Source: a virus (lineage: Duplodnaviria; Caudoviricetes). Taken from it: a stretch of 58,865 nucleotides of DNA. How positions within the stretch are numbered: position 1 is the first letter of the stretch; each line of letters begins with the position of its first letter. The notes below the pieces were generated by a model that did no database searches, had not been told where the DNA came from, and was given only the letters and a program-made list of their open reading frames with translations. The DNA lies in IMG/VR virus record IMGVR_UViG_3300032050_008696, positions 1 to 58,865 of that record. One strand, given 5' to 3'. Shown here in pieces: positions 33,667 through 43,560 of the stretch. The position numbers and the translations under genes are program-made.

Positions 33667-36195
33667 TTAAAAACTAAAGAATTCTCCCAATTTCATATCT
33701 GTTTCATTTGGATAATCCCAACTCAAAACATTATAAAAGTCAATCAACTTGCTCTTGAGTTCTTGTTCATACATTGCATCTCTATCAACATATTGTTCAA
33801 TAAACTCCAAAATACGTTGTGGGTCTGTACCGTCAGCCTTCATTGCAATACATTCTATACCAAACGGATTTTGTTTTAGATATACCCACTTGATCTTCTG
33901 ACCGTGAAAGATTTCTGGGATCTCATTGTCCAATTGCCACAACTTTAACAAATCATTATAATAACAACCAGCTTTAACTTGTGCTGGAGCACCCTTAATC
34001 ATTTGAAATGGCTGACGACTCTTTGGATTATAGTCATTTACCTTATCTTGACTAACAAATTTTACACTTGTATTTTTAGCAATTTCAATGACTGGATAAC
34101 TAAACATATTCTCTTTAAACTTGAGAATAGAATCATCGATTTCTTCTTTAGGAACCTTACGAAGTATATTCTGTAGAAATTGTTCCATAAACTTACGAAA
34201 TCTAATTGGAAAGCTAGTACGCACAACGTCAATACCTTTGACTTCCAATTCATCACACTCAATACCACCTTTATTAATAATGAACTGAGCATAACGTTTC
34301 TTAGCCAACCAGAAACTAGTCTTAGCAATAACTTCTTGCTTTGCATCAAAACGATGTTTCTGAACATTAAACATACGATCTGCCATTACGTTAAATGTAT
34401 CATTAACGTGTTTCTGAGCTTCTGTACAAACCTTCAAAATAGCCTCGGTCATCTGTTTTTCATCATTTAGATCAATTTCAGGCATTTTGTGTTTGATGAT
34501 AGGCAAAGCACTAGCAAAACAAGAATCAGTATCAACATAGATAACGTAATCCTTGTTTTCAGTATCATTCAATGTCTTCTTATAATACTGATTGATTGCT
34601 TTATTAGCAGTCTTAATAATATCTTGGCCTGTTAAGGTAACAGCGCTCGCATTATCCTTATCATAAAATCTAAAGATCGGTAGACCCAATACACCATAGA
34701 TTGAATTAAGTAATACTTTTTGTACTTTTTGACGTTGATCATAAAATTCATATTTTTCCCATTCTTTAGCATCAGCATGCTTTTTAGCTAGTTTACGAAG
34801 ATCTTTACGTTCATCGAACCATTTTACTAGAATTTCTGGAATAACACCTTGAAATGACTGATTATACATTACTCCATTACTAGCAATACTGTAATTGGAA
34901 GATTTCAATAGTTGAGTAAACTGTTCTTTTGTATATGAAGCCGATCCAACCTGAATTGTATCAATCTCACCCTTCATATATTTTTCAAAATCCCAATTCT
35001 CAGCTTTAGCTATTTTGGTTTCAGGTGAAATGTTAAGACTGATGATGATATTCGGATACATTGATGTGAGATCCAAGTCAAACACCCAGTCATAACGACC
35101 AGGAATAGGATCTTTAACGTATGCGCCTTCAAATCCTTCTTCACCTTGTTCCATCTGGTTTTCATATTCTTCTCTACCATCAACAGGTTTATTTTTAGCC
35201 ACTTGACCCTTACGACGAAGATACATAAGAATAGCACCTTCGATGAATCGTGAACTCATTGTAAAACAATCATAAGGTACGTGTCCTTTGTGACAGATAG
35301 CTCTTGCTTGTTCAATAAATTGAAGTTTCTTCTCCAAGGCAACAATGATCTTTACGTCATTCAAGTTATATTCAATATACTTGTTTAGATCACTCTTATA
35401 CAAATCATCCAAACTACCATGATAGGTAATCTTTTCCATACCCACCACTTTCTTGCCGATTGCACCCAATGCATAACTTGGTTCTTGTTTGATATTCCAC
35501 TTCTTATACAAAACCATGTAATCAATAAATGAAACACCTGCTACAACGATCTTACCACTCCAATCGTTCTTATAACAAACATTAATTGGACTCAATCGTT
35601 TAGCCTCACGATCACTCAATACACGTTTGATTCGATTAAATACGTAAGGAGTATCGAATTCATCAATATTCCAACCAGTAGCAATTGTTGGTTGAATTTC
35701 TTCCCACTTTGTCAAAAAGTGCATCAGTAGACTTGATTCGTCTTGAAACCCACGAACCTCTACATTTTCTTTTTTATAGTCTTCTAGACGACGTTCCTTA
35801 TCCAAAATAAACGCAGTATACTGTTCTGCAGCTGCATCATATAATGCAATTGCAGTAATTTCTTTATCAGCTTCATCTACTTTTGGAAATCCACCTTCGG
35901 TACTAACTTCGATATCATAATAAACAACACGATGACCTACAGATGAATCATCACTGTCTTCATAGGCATCAATCAAAACCCGAGTTTCAGCTGGAACGTC
36001 GCTTTCAAATAGACTTGGATCTTTAGGACTGAACTTATATACCTTTTCCAGTTCATCACCATAAATACTCTTATACATACCACCCTTACGTTTACGGTAA
36101 GCATATGGTTGATATGGAAACTTTACATAACCTTTCTTATCGTCCCACAAATGGACCGTATTGTCCTTCTTCGAAATGAAAATATTTTGATACAT
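33667..36195 (-). CDS. DNA polymerase family B (T4 gp43-like)
   Basis: Exo DIEV, GWNIDEFD, YNLND. Pol DLTSMYP, KVLLNSIYG, YVDTDS, KKRY. Confidence 0.97.
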   Translation of the reverse strand: MYQNIFISKKDNTVHLWDDKKGYVKFPYQPYAYRKRKGGMYKSIYGDELEKVYKFSPKDPSLFESDVPAETRVLIDAYEDSDDSSVGHRVVYYDIEVSTEGGFPKVDEADKEITAIALYDAAAEQYTAFILDKERRLEDYKKENVEVRGFQDESSLLMHFLTKWEEIQPTIATGWNIDEFDTPYVFNRIKRVLSDREAKRLSPINVCYKNDWSGKIVVAGVSFIDYMVLYKKWNIKQEPSYALGAIGKKVVGMEKITYHGSLDDLYKSDLNKYIEYNLNDVKIIVALEKKLQFIEQARAICHKGHVPYDCFTMSSRFIEGAILMYLRRKGQVAKNKPVDGREEYENQMEQGEEGFEGAYVKDPIPGRYDWVFDLDLTSMYPNIIISLNISPETKIAKAENWDFEKYMKGEIDTIQVGSASYTKEQFTQLLKSSNYSIASNGVMYNQSFQGVIPEILVKWFDERKDLRKLAKKHADAKEWEKYEFYDQRQKVQKVLLNSIYGVLGLPIFRFYDKDNASAVTLTGQDIIKTANKAINQYYKKTLNDTENKDYVIYVDTDSCFASALPIIKHKMPEIDLNDEKQMTEAILKVCTEAQKHVNDTFNVMADRMFNVQKHRFDAKQEVIAKTSFWLAKKRYAQFIINKGGIECDELEVKGIDVVRTSFPIRFRKFMEQFLQNILRKVPKEEIDDSILKFKENMFSYPVIEIAKNTSVKFVSQDKVNDYNPKSRQPFQMIKGAPAQVKAGCYYNDLLKLWQLDNEIPEIFHGQKIKWVYLKQNPFGIECIAMKADGTDPQRILEFIEQYVDRDAMYEQELKSKLIDFYNVLSWDYPNETDMKLGEFFSF

Positions 36196-36205
36196 GATAA
36201 CACTA

Positions 36206-36433
36206 CTATACCTTCAATTTATTCACAAGTCCAGTAAAAACCGCACGATGGTCTTCTTTTACATGTTGAGCACACTGCAATATTCTATCCATTAATCTTT
36301 TATGTTTAATAGCAACAAATACAGTTGGTTCCAATTCAATACCAGAAATAACCGGTGGATTTACTTTATTAATACAAAACCATAACATTGCCAATTCATC
36401 TTCTGTTAGTGATTCTAATTGTTCTAATTTCAT
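36206..36433 (-). CDS. Hypothetical protein
   Basis: Coupled ORF. Confidence 0.6.
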   Translation of the reverse strand: MKLEQLESLTEDELAMLWFCINKVNPPVISGIELEPTVFVAIKHKRLMDRILQCAQHVKEDHRAVFTGLVNKLKV

Positions 36434-37161
36434 TTTAATTTAAAACCAAATATATTTTGACCATAATTTACAAACAATGTATTATCCAACTTAGATTTAA
36501 GTAGTACGAGTTCTTTGTTATGAACTTCTTTTTCTTCATCTTCTACTTCTTTTACACTAAAACTATTACCCAACTTAGTTACATTAGCTTCTCTAGCACT
36601 CATAATAATCTGAGGAGTAACAACCAAATAATCGCCAGCTTTTAATTCTTTCTTCTTCTTTGACTTATTATCCAAAGCCGTTACTGTGCCACTTACCACG
36701 TACAAATGTGTGTACTTTTCATTGGATTTAACAAAGAATGACGATTGACCAAATGCTACACTACACAACGTTGTAAGTAACGTATTTACATTGGTACTTT
36801 CACTAATACAATATAGTTCCCCATTAACAGTAAAGTTAAACATAGCATCTTTTACTTTAACCACTTCGGGTAATTTAAAATCATTTACATATTCAGTGCT
36901 TGTCTGGTTAAAGTACGTAGAAGTGTTTTCTTTTTGAAATACTGCAATACGATACGGTAATATGTATGATGTACTGGAGTTAGTAGTATTTATATTGAGA
37001 CTATTAGTAATACTATACGTTTTACCTTCGACCGTTGGTAATACATTTAGTTTGTTGTTTATAACCTCGGTTAATTCTACCTCATTATTCGTATCATATA
37101 GAAACAAATCGTTGGCGTGTAGATTTAGAGCTGTCAATAGAATAGTTAATAATTTTTTCAT
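36430..37161 (-). CDS. Exported FecR-like beta protein
   Basis: Signal peptide MKKLLTILLTALNLHA, and T.LYVVSGTV......ELKAGD. Confidence 0.55.
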   Translation of the reverse strand: MKKLLTILLTALNLHANDLFLYDTNNEVELTEVINNKLNVLPTVEGKTYSITNSLNINTTNSSTSYILPYRIAVFQKENTSTYFNQTSTEYVNDFKLPEVVKVKDAMFNFTVNGELYCISESTNVNTLLTTLCSVAFGQSSFFVKSNEKYTHLYVVSGTVTALDNKSKKKKELKAGDYLVVTPQIIMSAREANVTKLGNSFSVKEVEDEEKEVHNKELVLLKSKLDNTLFVNYGQNIFGFKLK

Positions 37162-37218
37162 ATGTAATATATAGTTTTTATAGATTGACTTTTCTTAATT
37201 ATACTTTAAGATGGTAGA

Positions 37219-38109
37219 ATGTCAATTGAAGAAATTAAAGAAATAAAAAAGAAACGAGTCAGTTTTAGTCAATATTCTACATATTTGAAGTGTCCCCAAA
37301 AATGGTATTTAGATTATGTTAAGAATCTTCGGGTAAAAGACGACAATATCAATACCACGTTTGGAACTGCTATTCATCATGCGTTTCAGACATATCTTAC
37401 ATCTCTTTATAAAGAAGGAGTGGGTGTAGCTGACACTTTAGATGTGAAGAAGCTGTTCTTAGATAAATTCAATGAAGAAATCAAAAAGGTAAAAGATGTA
37501 GATGATAATGAATTTACCGACTTTGTATTTGATGGTAATGATATTATTGATACCTTTTGTAAAAGTGCCAATAGACTAAAATATTTTCCTACCAAAGAAT
37601 ATGAGTTGGTAGGCATCGAAATTCCCCTAGAAATTCCTATTAAGAACAATGTAGAGTTCGTAGGATTTATTGATATAGTATTAAAAGAAAAAGACAAGGA
37701 GATATATCGTATTATTGACTTCAAGACATCCAGTAATGGTTGGAACAGCTATATGAAAGAAGATGTAAGCAAGATTGCTCAGTTACATCTATACAAGAGT
37801 GTTTATAGTAAAAAATTCAATGTACCTCTAAATAATATTGATGTAGAGTTCTTTATTGTTAAACGTAAACTATATGAAAATGTAAGCTTTCCCCAAAGCA
37901 GAATTCAGTTATTCAAACCAACCGCTGGCCCAACTGCTATTAAAGAAAGTATTCACGGATTCATTGAATTTTTAGATTATGGATTTAATCCAGATGGTAC
38001 ATACAACGAAACCAATCAATATATAAAAGTACCTGGTAATGGTAAAAAGAATTGTAAGTACTGTGTACACTACAAAAAGATCTGTGATGGCAAAGCCACT
38101 AAATTATAA
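37219..38109 (+). CDS. PD-(D/E)xK nuclease (Cas4/AddB-like)
   Basis: SFSQ...CP, FGTAIH, GFIDIV..IIDFKTS, CKYC......C. Promoter TTGACT-16-TAAGAT at 37185-37212. Confidence 0.9.
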   Translation: MSIEEIKEIKKKRVSFSQYSTYLKCPQKWYLDYVKNLRVKDDNINTTFGTAIHHAFQTYLTSLYKEGVGVADTLDVKKLFLDKFNEEIKKVKDVDDNEFTDFVFDGNDIIDTFCKSANRLKYFPTKEYELVGIEIPLEIPIKNNVEFVGFIDIVLKEKDKEIYRIIDFKTSSNGWNSYMKEDVSKIAQLHLYKSVYSKKFNVPLNNIDVEFFIVKRKLYENVSFPQSRIQLFKPTAGPTAIKESIHGFIEFLDYGFNPDGTYNETNQYIKVPGNGKKNCKYCVHYKKICDGKATKL

Positions 38110-38112
38110 TAA

Positions 38113-38150
38113 ATATGTACATATGTGTATATCTATATATGTACATATGT
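38113..38150 (+). promoter_or_regulatory. Tandem palindromic operator-like repeat
   Basis: ATATGTACATATGT at 38113-38126 and 38137-38150, each with a 12-bp palindromic core, directly before the RHH ATG. Confidence 0.65.
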
Positions 38151-38151
38151 T

Positions 38152-38367
38152 ATGGATCAATTTGTTACAACAGTAAAACTTAATCAAGAATTATATAATC
38201 AGTTTAAAGAACTGAATATAAGAGGCAAAATATCTTTTCAAGATTTTGTCAATAAATGTCTAGAAAGATATTTAAACGATTCTGACTTTCAATCTGAGAT
38301 TAGCGAAAGCATTTCACAGAAGTTAAGTTTTAATGCTCCATTTTCATTATCAAAGGATTCTAAATGA
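38152..38367 (+). CDS. Ribbon-helix-helix DNA-binding protein
   Basis: TTVKL strand followed by two helices (ELYNQFKE; SFQDFVNKCLERYL). Confidence 0.7.
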   Translation: MDQFVTTVKLNQELYNQFKELNIRGKISFQDFVNKCLERYLNDSDFQSEISESISQKLSFNAPFSLSKDSK

Positions 38368-38915
38368 AAAAGAAAAAGATATTATTATTAAGCGACGATC
38401 TAAGAATGCATAGTGGTGTAGCTACTATGAGTCGAGAATTGGTATTGGGTACATTACATCACTATGATTGGGTACAAATTGCCGGTGCTATTAAACATCC
38501 TGAACAGGGTAAGATCGTAGATATGAAGGATGCTTGTGACAAACTTAATGGTAGAAAAGATAATTATCTAAAGTTATATCCAGTCGATGGTTATGGTGAT
38601 GAAGAAGTGTTGTATCAAATCATGGCATTAGAAAAGCCAGATGCAATTATGCACTTCACAGATCCTCGTTTCTGGGGTTGGTTGTATAATATAGAACATC
38701 AAATTCGCAGTAAGATTCCACTAACATATCTTGATATTTGGGACGATCTACCATATCCAATGTGGAATAAACCATTCTATAAGAGTTGTGATGCTTTATT
38801 TAGCATCAGTAAACAAACGGACAATATCAACAAGTGGGTAATTGGACCAGAACTATGTACCTCTGTTGAAGGTGATTTTGATAGCAACGGTAATTTAATC
38901 AAGGAGAACATTTAA
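38364..38915 (+). CDS. GT4 glycosyltransferase, N-terminal domain
   Basis: ILLLSDDLRMHSGVAT, EKPD, IWDDLPYP, ISKQT. Confidence 0.8.
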   Translation: MKKKKILLLSDDLRMHSGVATMSRELVLGTLHHYDWVQIAGAIKHPEQGKIVDMKDACDKLNGRKDNYLKLYPVDGYGDEEVLYQIMALEKPDAIMHFTDPRFWGWLYNIEHQIRSKIPLTYLDIWDDLPYPMWNKPFYKSCDALFSISKQTDNINKWVIGPELCTSVEGDFDSNGNLIKENI

Positions 38916-38916
38916 T

Positions 38917-39879
38917 ATGCCAGTAAAAGGAAAACATCTATTACACTATGTACCACACGGTATTAATAGTAACGTATTTAAACCTCTTCCAAAAGGAGAC
39001 TCTTCGGTTGCCAAGTTAAAGAAAGAGTTACTCGGCGACGGAGAATATAATTTCGTAGTAGCATTCAATAGTAGAAATGCACACCGTAAACATCCCGCAA
39101 ATCTAATATTGGCATTCAAAGCTTTTTGTGCATCCATTGATCAAGAAGAAGCTAAAAAATGTGCATTGATAATGCATACAGACAAAGTATGTGAAGCTGG
39201 TACGGATCTAGTTGCTACAATTCAAGCTATTTGTCCAGAATATAAAGTGGTACTAGATGAATCTCGTAGAACCCCAGAAGAAATGACAGCATTCTATAAT
39301 CTAGCCGATGTTACTGCTAATGTGAGTTCAAACGAAGGATTTGGTCTAAGTATTGCCGAAAGTATCATGTGTGGCACACCGGTAATCGCTACAGTCACAG
39401 GAGGTTTACAAGATCAACTCGGAATTGTTACAGATGACGGTAAACCTGTAGAATTCAATCTAGAGTTTGGTACTAATGTTACAGGACGATACACTAAACA
39501 CGGAGTATGGGCAAAGCCTGTGTGGGCTAAAGTACAAAATCTACAAGGTAGTCCTCCAACACCATATATTATGGATGATTTAGTAAACTATACAGACATT
39601 GCTGATGCCATTGGTTATTGGTATGTGATTGGTAATGAGAAACGTGAAGAATGTGGTACCGAAGGTCGTAGATGGGCAATGAATGAAGGTGGTATCAATA
39701 GTAAAAATATGTGTGACCAGTTTATTAAAGCTATGGATTTCACACTAAACAATTTTACTCCGGTTAAAACATTTGACATTTTTACCGAAAATGGTTATGA
39801 TATTAAAAATCTACCCAAGGGTAAATTGGGATTTGATCTACACGTAGTAAATCTAGAATCTATTAAACAAACTATTTAA
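38917..39879 (+). CDS. GT4 glycosyltransferase, C-terminal domain
   Basis: YVPHGIN, RN..RK, NEGFGLS..ES..CGTPVI....GGL.DQ. Confidence 0.85.
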   Translation: MPVKGKHLLHYVPHGINSNVFKPLPKGDSSVAKLKKELLGDGEYNFVVAFNSRNAHRKHPANLILAFKAFCASIDQEEAKKCALIMHTDKVCEAGTDLVATIQAICPEYKVVLDESRRTPEEMTAFYNLADVTANVSSNEGFGLSIAESIMCGTPVIATVTGGLQDQLGIVTDDGKPVEFNLEFGTNVTGRYTKHGVWAKPVWAKVQNLQGSPPTPYIMDDLVNYTDIADAIGYWYVIGNEKREECGTEGRRWAMNEGGINSKNMCDQFIKAMDFTLNNFTPVKTFDIFTENGYDIKNLPKGKLGFDLHVVNLESIKQTI

Positions 39880-40571
39880 TGAAAATTCAAGTATTAAAAA
39901 ACGAAGATTATCAAGATATAGAAAATCTACCGAAGAAAGGTACAGAACGTGCTACTGGTTATGATGTAATCGCTACAAGTGGTCCAGAGATAGTTGGAGA
40001 AACGTATGAGAATGGTACGTATAAACGAATAGACTACATTCAGTATAAAACAAATCTGAAACTAGCAGTTCAAAAAGAAAGACAATATAGTGGATTCGGT
40101 TATACTGATATTGACTATGATGTACTAGCATTTCCTCGTAGCAGTGTTAGTAAATACAATCTCACCTTGGCTAACTCTATTGGCTTGATCGATGCCGATT
40201 ATCGTGGGGAAGTATTACTTCGTTTTAAGTATATCTGGCAGCCAGAAGATTATAAAATCAGTACTGATAATCTGATTGAAGGAACCGTAAATCTCACTAA
40301 GGTTTATAACAAGGGTGATAAAATCTGTCAACTCAAAGTTACCAAAGTAGAAAACGTTGAATTCATTTTAGTAAATGAACTAGATTCTACTAATAGAGGT
40401 GATGGTGGATTTGGTAGTACCGATACTAAAAAAGCAGAAAAAGCTGAGATTGCTCAGATTCAAATGAGCAAGATGGAAGAACTCTACAACAATCTAGGTG
40501 GTATACCAACACCAACTAAAAAATATAGTCAGTTAATTCACGAAAGAGAATCAAAACAATTTAATCAATAA
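39879..40571 (+). CDS. dut: Trimeric dUTPase
   Basis: ATGYDV, PRSS, GLIDADYRGE, ICQL, RGDGGFGST. Confidence 0.93.
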   Translation: MKIQVLKNEDYQDIENLPKKGTERATGYDVIATSGPEIVGETYENGTYKRIDYIQYKTNLKLAVQKERQYSGFGYTDIDYDVLAFPRSSVSKYNLTLANSIGLIDADYRGEVLLRFKYIWQPEDYKISTDNLIEGTVNLTKVYNKGDKICQLKVTKVENVEFILVNELDSTNRGDGGFGSTDTKKAEKAEIAQIQMSKMEELYNNLGGIPTPTKKYSQLIHERESKQFNQ

Positions 40572-40572
40572 T

Positions 40573-41904
40573 ATGAGCAAACCATTATGTCTAATTTCAG
40601 GTCCAGTATTTAACCGTAGCGGATATGGTGACTGGGCAACAACAGTTGCAAAAAGCATCATTCGTTATGATAAGTTTGATGTCAAAGTAGCTCCAACTAG
40701 ATGGGGTAACTGTCAAAGCAAACGTTTTCTTGAAGATCTTACAGATCCAGAAGATAAACTATTAGCGAGTAAGTTCCTTCAAGGAAATTTAAATAAACAA
40801 CCAGAATTGTTTATTCAATTAACAATTCCAGAAGAATTTCACGCTGTTGGTAAATACAACATCGGCATGACTGCTGGTATAGAAACCACCATTCCACCTG
40901 GCAGCTGGGTTGAAGGTGTTAATAGAATGGATCTAACAATCGGTCTATCTAATCACGTAAAGAAAACCTTTACCGAAATTAAAATGGCTAAACAACTTGA
41001 AAATGGTCAACAAGTAAGTATTCAAGTTGAAAAGCCAATCGAAGTATGTTTCTGGGGAGCTGATACAAACATCTTCAAAAAGACAGATGAAAAGTTAGCT
41101 ACGGTCGAAGAGTCGATGTCAAAGATTAAAGAATCAAGCGCATTCTTGTTTATTGGACAGTGGACACATGGTGGATTGTATAATGACCGTAAAGACATTG
41201 GCAATCTAATCAAGACCTTTTGTACAGCATTTAAGAATCAATCAGAAAATGATCGTCCATGTTTGATCGTCAAGACGAGTGGACATGCTTATTCTACAGT
41301 AGATAGATTTGAAATGTTGAGTAAGATTAAAAAGATTCGTGACAGCATTGGTGCAAACGTTCCCAACGTATATTTGTTACATGGCGAACTTAGTGAACCG
41401 GAAATGAACGCTTTGTTGAATCATGAGAAGATTATAGCACATGTTTCATTTACACATGGTGAAGGATATGGTCATCCAATGTTATTGTCCACACTTAGTG
41501 GTAAACCACTACTAGCTCCTAATTGGAGTGGTCATTTAGACTATCTAAATCCTTCACTAGCAAACTTGTTGCCTGGTAATCTTGTTGATGTAGATAAAAA
41601 GTCAGTCAATCAATGGATTATCAAAGAAAGCAAATGGTTCAAGGTAGCTTATTCTTTGGCAGAAGACAAGATGAAACAAGTTTACTTTGCTCGTAAGGGT
41701 GATAAGTTTACAAAGAATGCTGAACTTTTACGTAAAGAAAACGCTGACAAGTTTAGTATTCCGGCTATGGATAAACGTTTGTGGGAGATTCTTGATAAGT
41801 ATGTACCACAATTCGCAGTAGAAAATCAATTTGTACTACCAAAGTTAAAAGCGGTAGGAACCACTGAAAATAAAATTACTCTACCCAAGTTGAAAGTAGT
41901 CTAA
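40573..41904 (+). CDS. Glycosyltransferase GT4
   Basis: RSGYG, AGIET, DRKDI, HGEGYG.P.L....GKP......SGHLDYL. Confidence 0.85.
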   Translation: MSKPLCLISGPVFNRSGYGDWATTVAKSIIRYDKFDVKVAPTRWGNCQSKRFLEDLTDPEDKLLASKFLQGNLNKQPELFIQLTIPEEFHAVGKYNIGMTAGIETTIPPGSWVEGVNRMDLTIGLSNHVKKTFTEIKMAKQLENGQQVSIQVEKPIEVCFWGADTNIFKKTDEKLATVEESMSKIKESSAFLFIGQWTHGGLYNDRKDIGNLIKTFCTAFKNQSENDRPCLIVKTSGHAYSTVDRFEMLSKIKKIRDSIGANVPNVYLLHGELSEPEMNALLNHEKIIAHVSFTHGEGYGHPMLLSTLSGKPLLAPNWSGHLDYLNPSLANLLPGNLVDVDKKSVNQWIIKESKWFKVAYSLAEDKMKQVYFARKGDKFTKNAELLRKENADKFSIPAMDKRLWEILDKYVPQFAVENQFVLPKLKAVGTTENKITLPKLKVV

Positions 41905-41905
41905 T

Positions 41906-42553
41906 ATGTTTTTATCTTATCTAGTAACATGTCATAACGAGACAAATAGTTTGGAAAAACTATTATCTAAATTAATTAAATACAGAAAGGATAACCATGA
42001 AATTGTTCTTCTTGATGATTATTCGGATAATCCAACAACTGTGGAAATTATACAAAAATATAAAGACCAGGTAAATTTCCAACAACATAGTTTGAATAAA
42101 AATTATGGTGCTCATAAAAATTATGGCATAGAACTGTGTAAGGGTGAATGGATATTTCAACTTGATGGTGATGAACTACCTACAGACATTCTAATTGAAA
42201 ACATCGATGCCATATTAGAGTCTAACAATACTAATGAAGTAATTTGGCTACCTAGATGTAATTACTTCATCGGAGTAACTGATAAAGATGTAAATGATTG
42301 GGGATGGCGGTTACATGATGGTATGATTAACTTTCCAGATTATCAATCTCGTCTGTATCGTAATAAGCCTAACATTAGATATCAACGTAGGTTACATGAA
42401 AAAGTAGAAGGATATAAGAGTTATGTTTTTATTCCGCCACAAAAAGACATAGCAATTATTCATGAAAAGACTATTGAAAAACAAAGACAGACAAACTTAA
42501 ATTATAACAACATGTTTACTCAAGAGGAAAACATGGGTTATGCAGTAAAATAA
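41906..42553 (+). CDS. Glycosyltransferase GT2
   Basis: DDYSD, WIFQLDGDE, PDYQ.R, LHE. Confidence 0.88.
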   Translation: MFLSYLVTCHNETNSLEKLLSKLIKYRKDNHEIVLLDDYSDNPTTVEIIQKYKDQVNFQQHSLNKNYGAHKNYGIELCKGEWIFQLDGDELPTDILIENIDAILESNNTNEVIWLPRCNYFIGVTDKDVNDWGWRLHDGMINFPDYQSRLYRNKPNIRYQRRLHEKVEGYKSYVFIPPQKDIAIIHEKTIEKQRQTNLNYNNMFTQEENMGYAVK

Positions 42554-43560
42554 TGAAAATTAAAATATACGAACTTGACAAACATCGTAATGAAACTACG
42601 TTTAGACCATTATTGTTACAACATAAGTTATTCAATGATGTTGGTATAGAGTTCGTAAATTCAGGTCAAGCGGATTTTGCTTTTGTTGGTCATGCAAGTA
42701 TAGTTGATAAAAAAGTATCATTGAGTGAATCCACAAACAAAGGATTAGAATTTTTAAAGTCAGTAAAAGAACCTTATTTTTTGTTTGATGGTCAAGACGC
42801 AGCTACTTTAATGGGCGTGTATGAAGTTGCTACACGTTCTAATCCTATCTATGTATTAAAACCTACTCTATACAAAGATCGTTCAAATTATCTAAAAAAG
42901 AGTGTCAATGGTCGAATTTATTGGGGTGAAGGCAATTATAGTTTACCAAACTTAAACATCTTTGAAAAAGTAAAGTTGGCTCATTTTAATTGGTTATCTA
43001 CCATGATGCCTGAGTGGTATGATTATTATCCAAATAAACCATATGATGTTAGTCTATTGTTGGGTAGAAGAGATTCTGACAGTTTAGAACACAATTTAAA
43101 TCAAACGCCTCACTATAACAGTCATAGAGATAATCTATTCAATACAGTAGATAAAAAATACAAAACCGCTTCTTTAGAAAAGGGACAAAGACTGGCGTTG
43201 GGAGAATATCTTAACAAGATGTACAATTGTAAGATAATACTATCACCATATGGATTTGGTGAAGTTACTCCTAGAGATTTAGAAGCAGCTATGTTTGGTT
43301 GTGTTTTAATTAAACCAGATATGTCTTATTTAGAAATGATACCTAATGTATATGTTCCAAATGAAACATACGTTGCTTGTAAACATGATTTTTCAGATAT
43401 AAATGAAAAAATTGATTATGTACTGTCCGATTATGAAAATTTGCAGAAGTTTTATACTGAAAATCTAAGAAAGAAATTTATTGAAGAAAACAATCCAGAA
43501 AAAATGGTAACTTACTATTACAATTTGTTTAAAAATATAAAAGGAGTTACAACAGAATGA
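42553..43560 (+). CDS. Putative GT-B glycosyltransferase
   Basis: KIILSPYGFGE...RD.EA..FGCVLIKP. Confidence 0.7.
   Translation: MKIKIYELDKHRNETTFRPLLLQHKLFNDVGIEFVNSGQADFAFVGHASIVDKKVSLSESTNKGLEFLKSVKEPYFLFDGQDAATLMGVYEVATRSNPIYVLKPTLYKDRSNYLKKSVNGRIYWGEGNYSLPNLNIFEKVKLAHFNWLSTMMPEWYDYYPNKPYDVSLLLGRRDSDSLEHNLNQTPHYNSHRDNLFNTVDKKYKTASLEKGQRLALGEYLNKMYNCKIILSPYGFGEVTPRDLEAAMFGCVLIKPDMSYLEMIPNVYVPNETYVACKHDFSDINEKIDYVLSDYENLQKFYTENLRKKFIEENNPEKMVTYYYNLFKNIKGVTTE

Noticed and set aside
33667-36195. Intein or intron in the DNA polymerase
   Set aside because: Continuous 842-aa ORF with normally spaced motifs.
37219-38109. CRISPR-Cas system based on the Cas4-like gene
   Set aside because: No repeat-spacer array or other cas genes seen. 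Stand-alone Cas4-like nucleases are common in phages.
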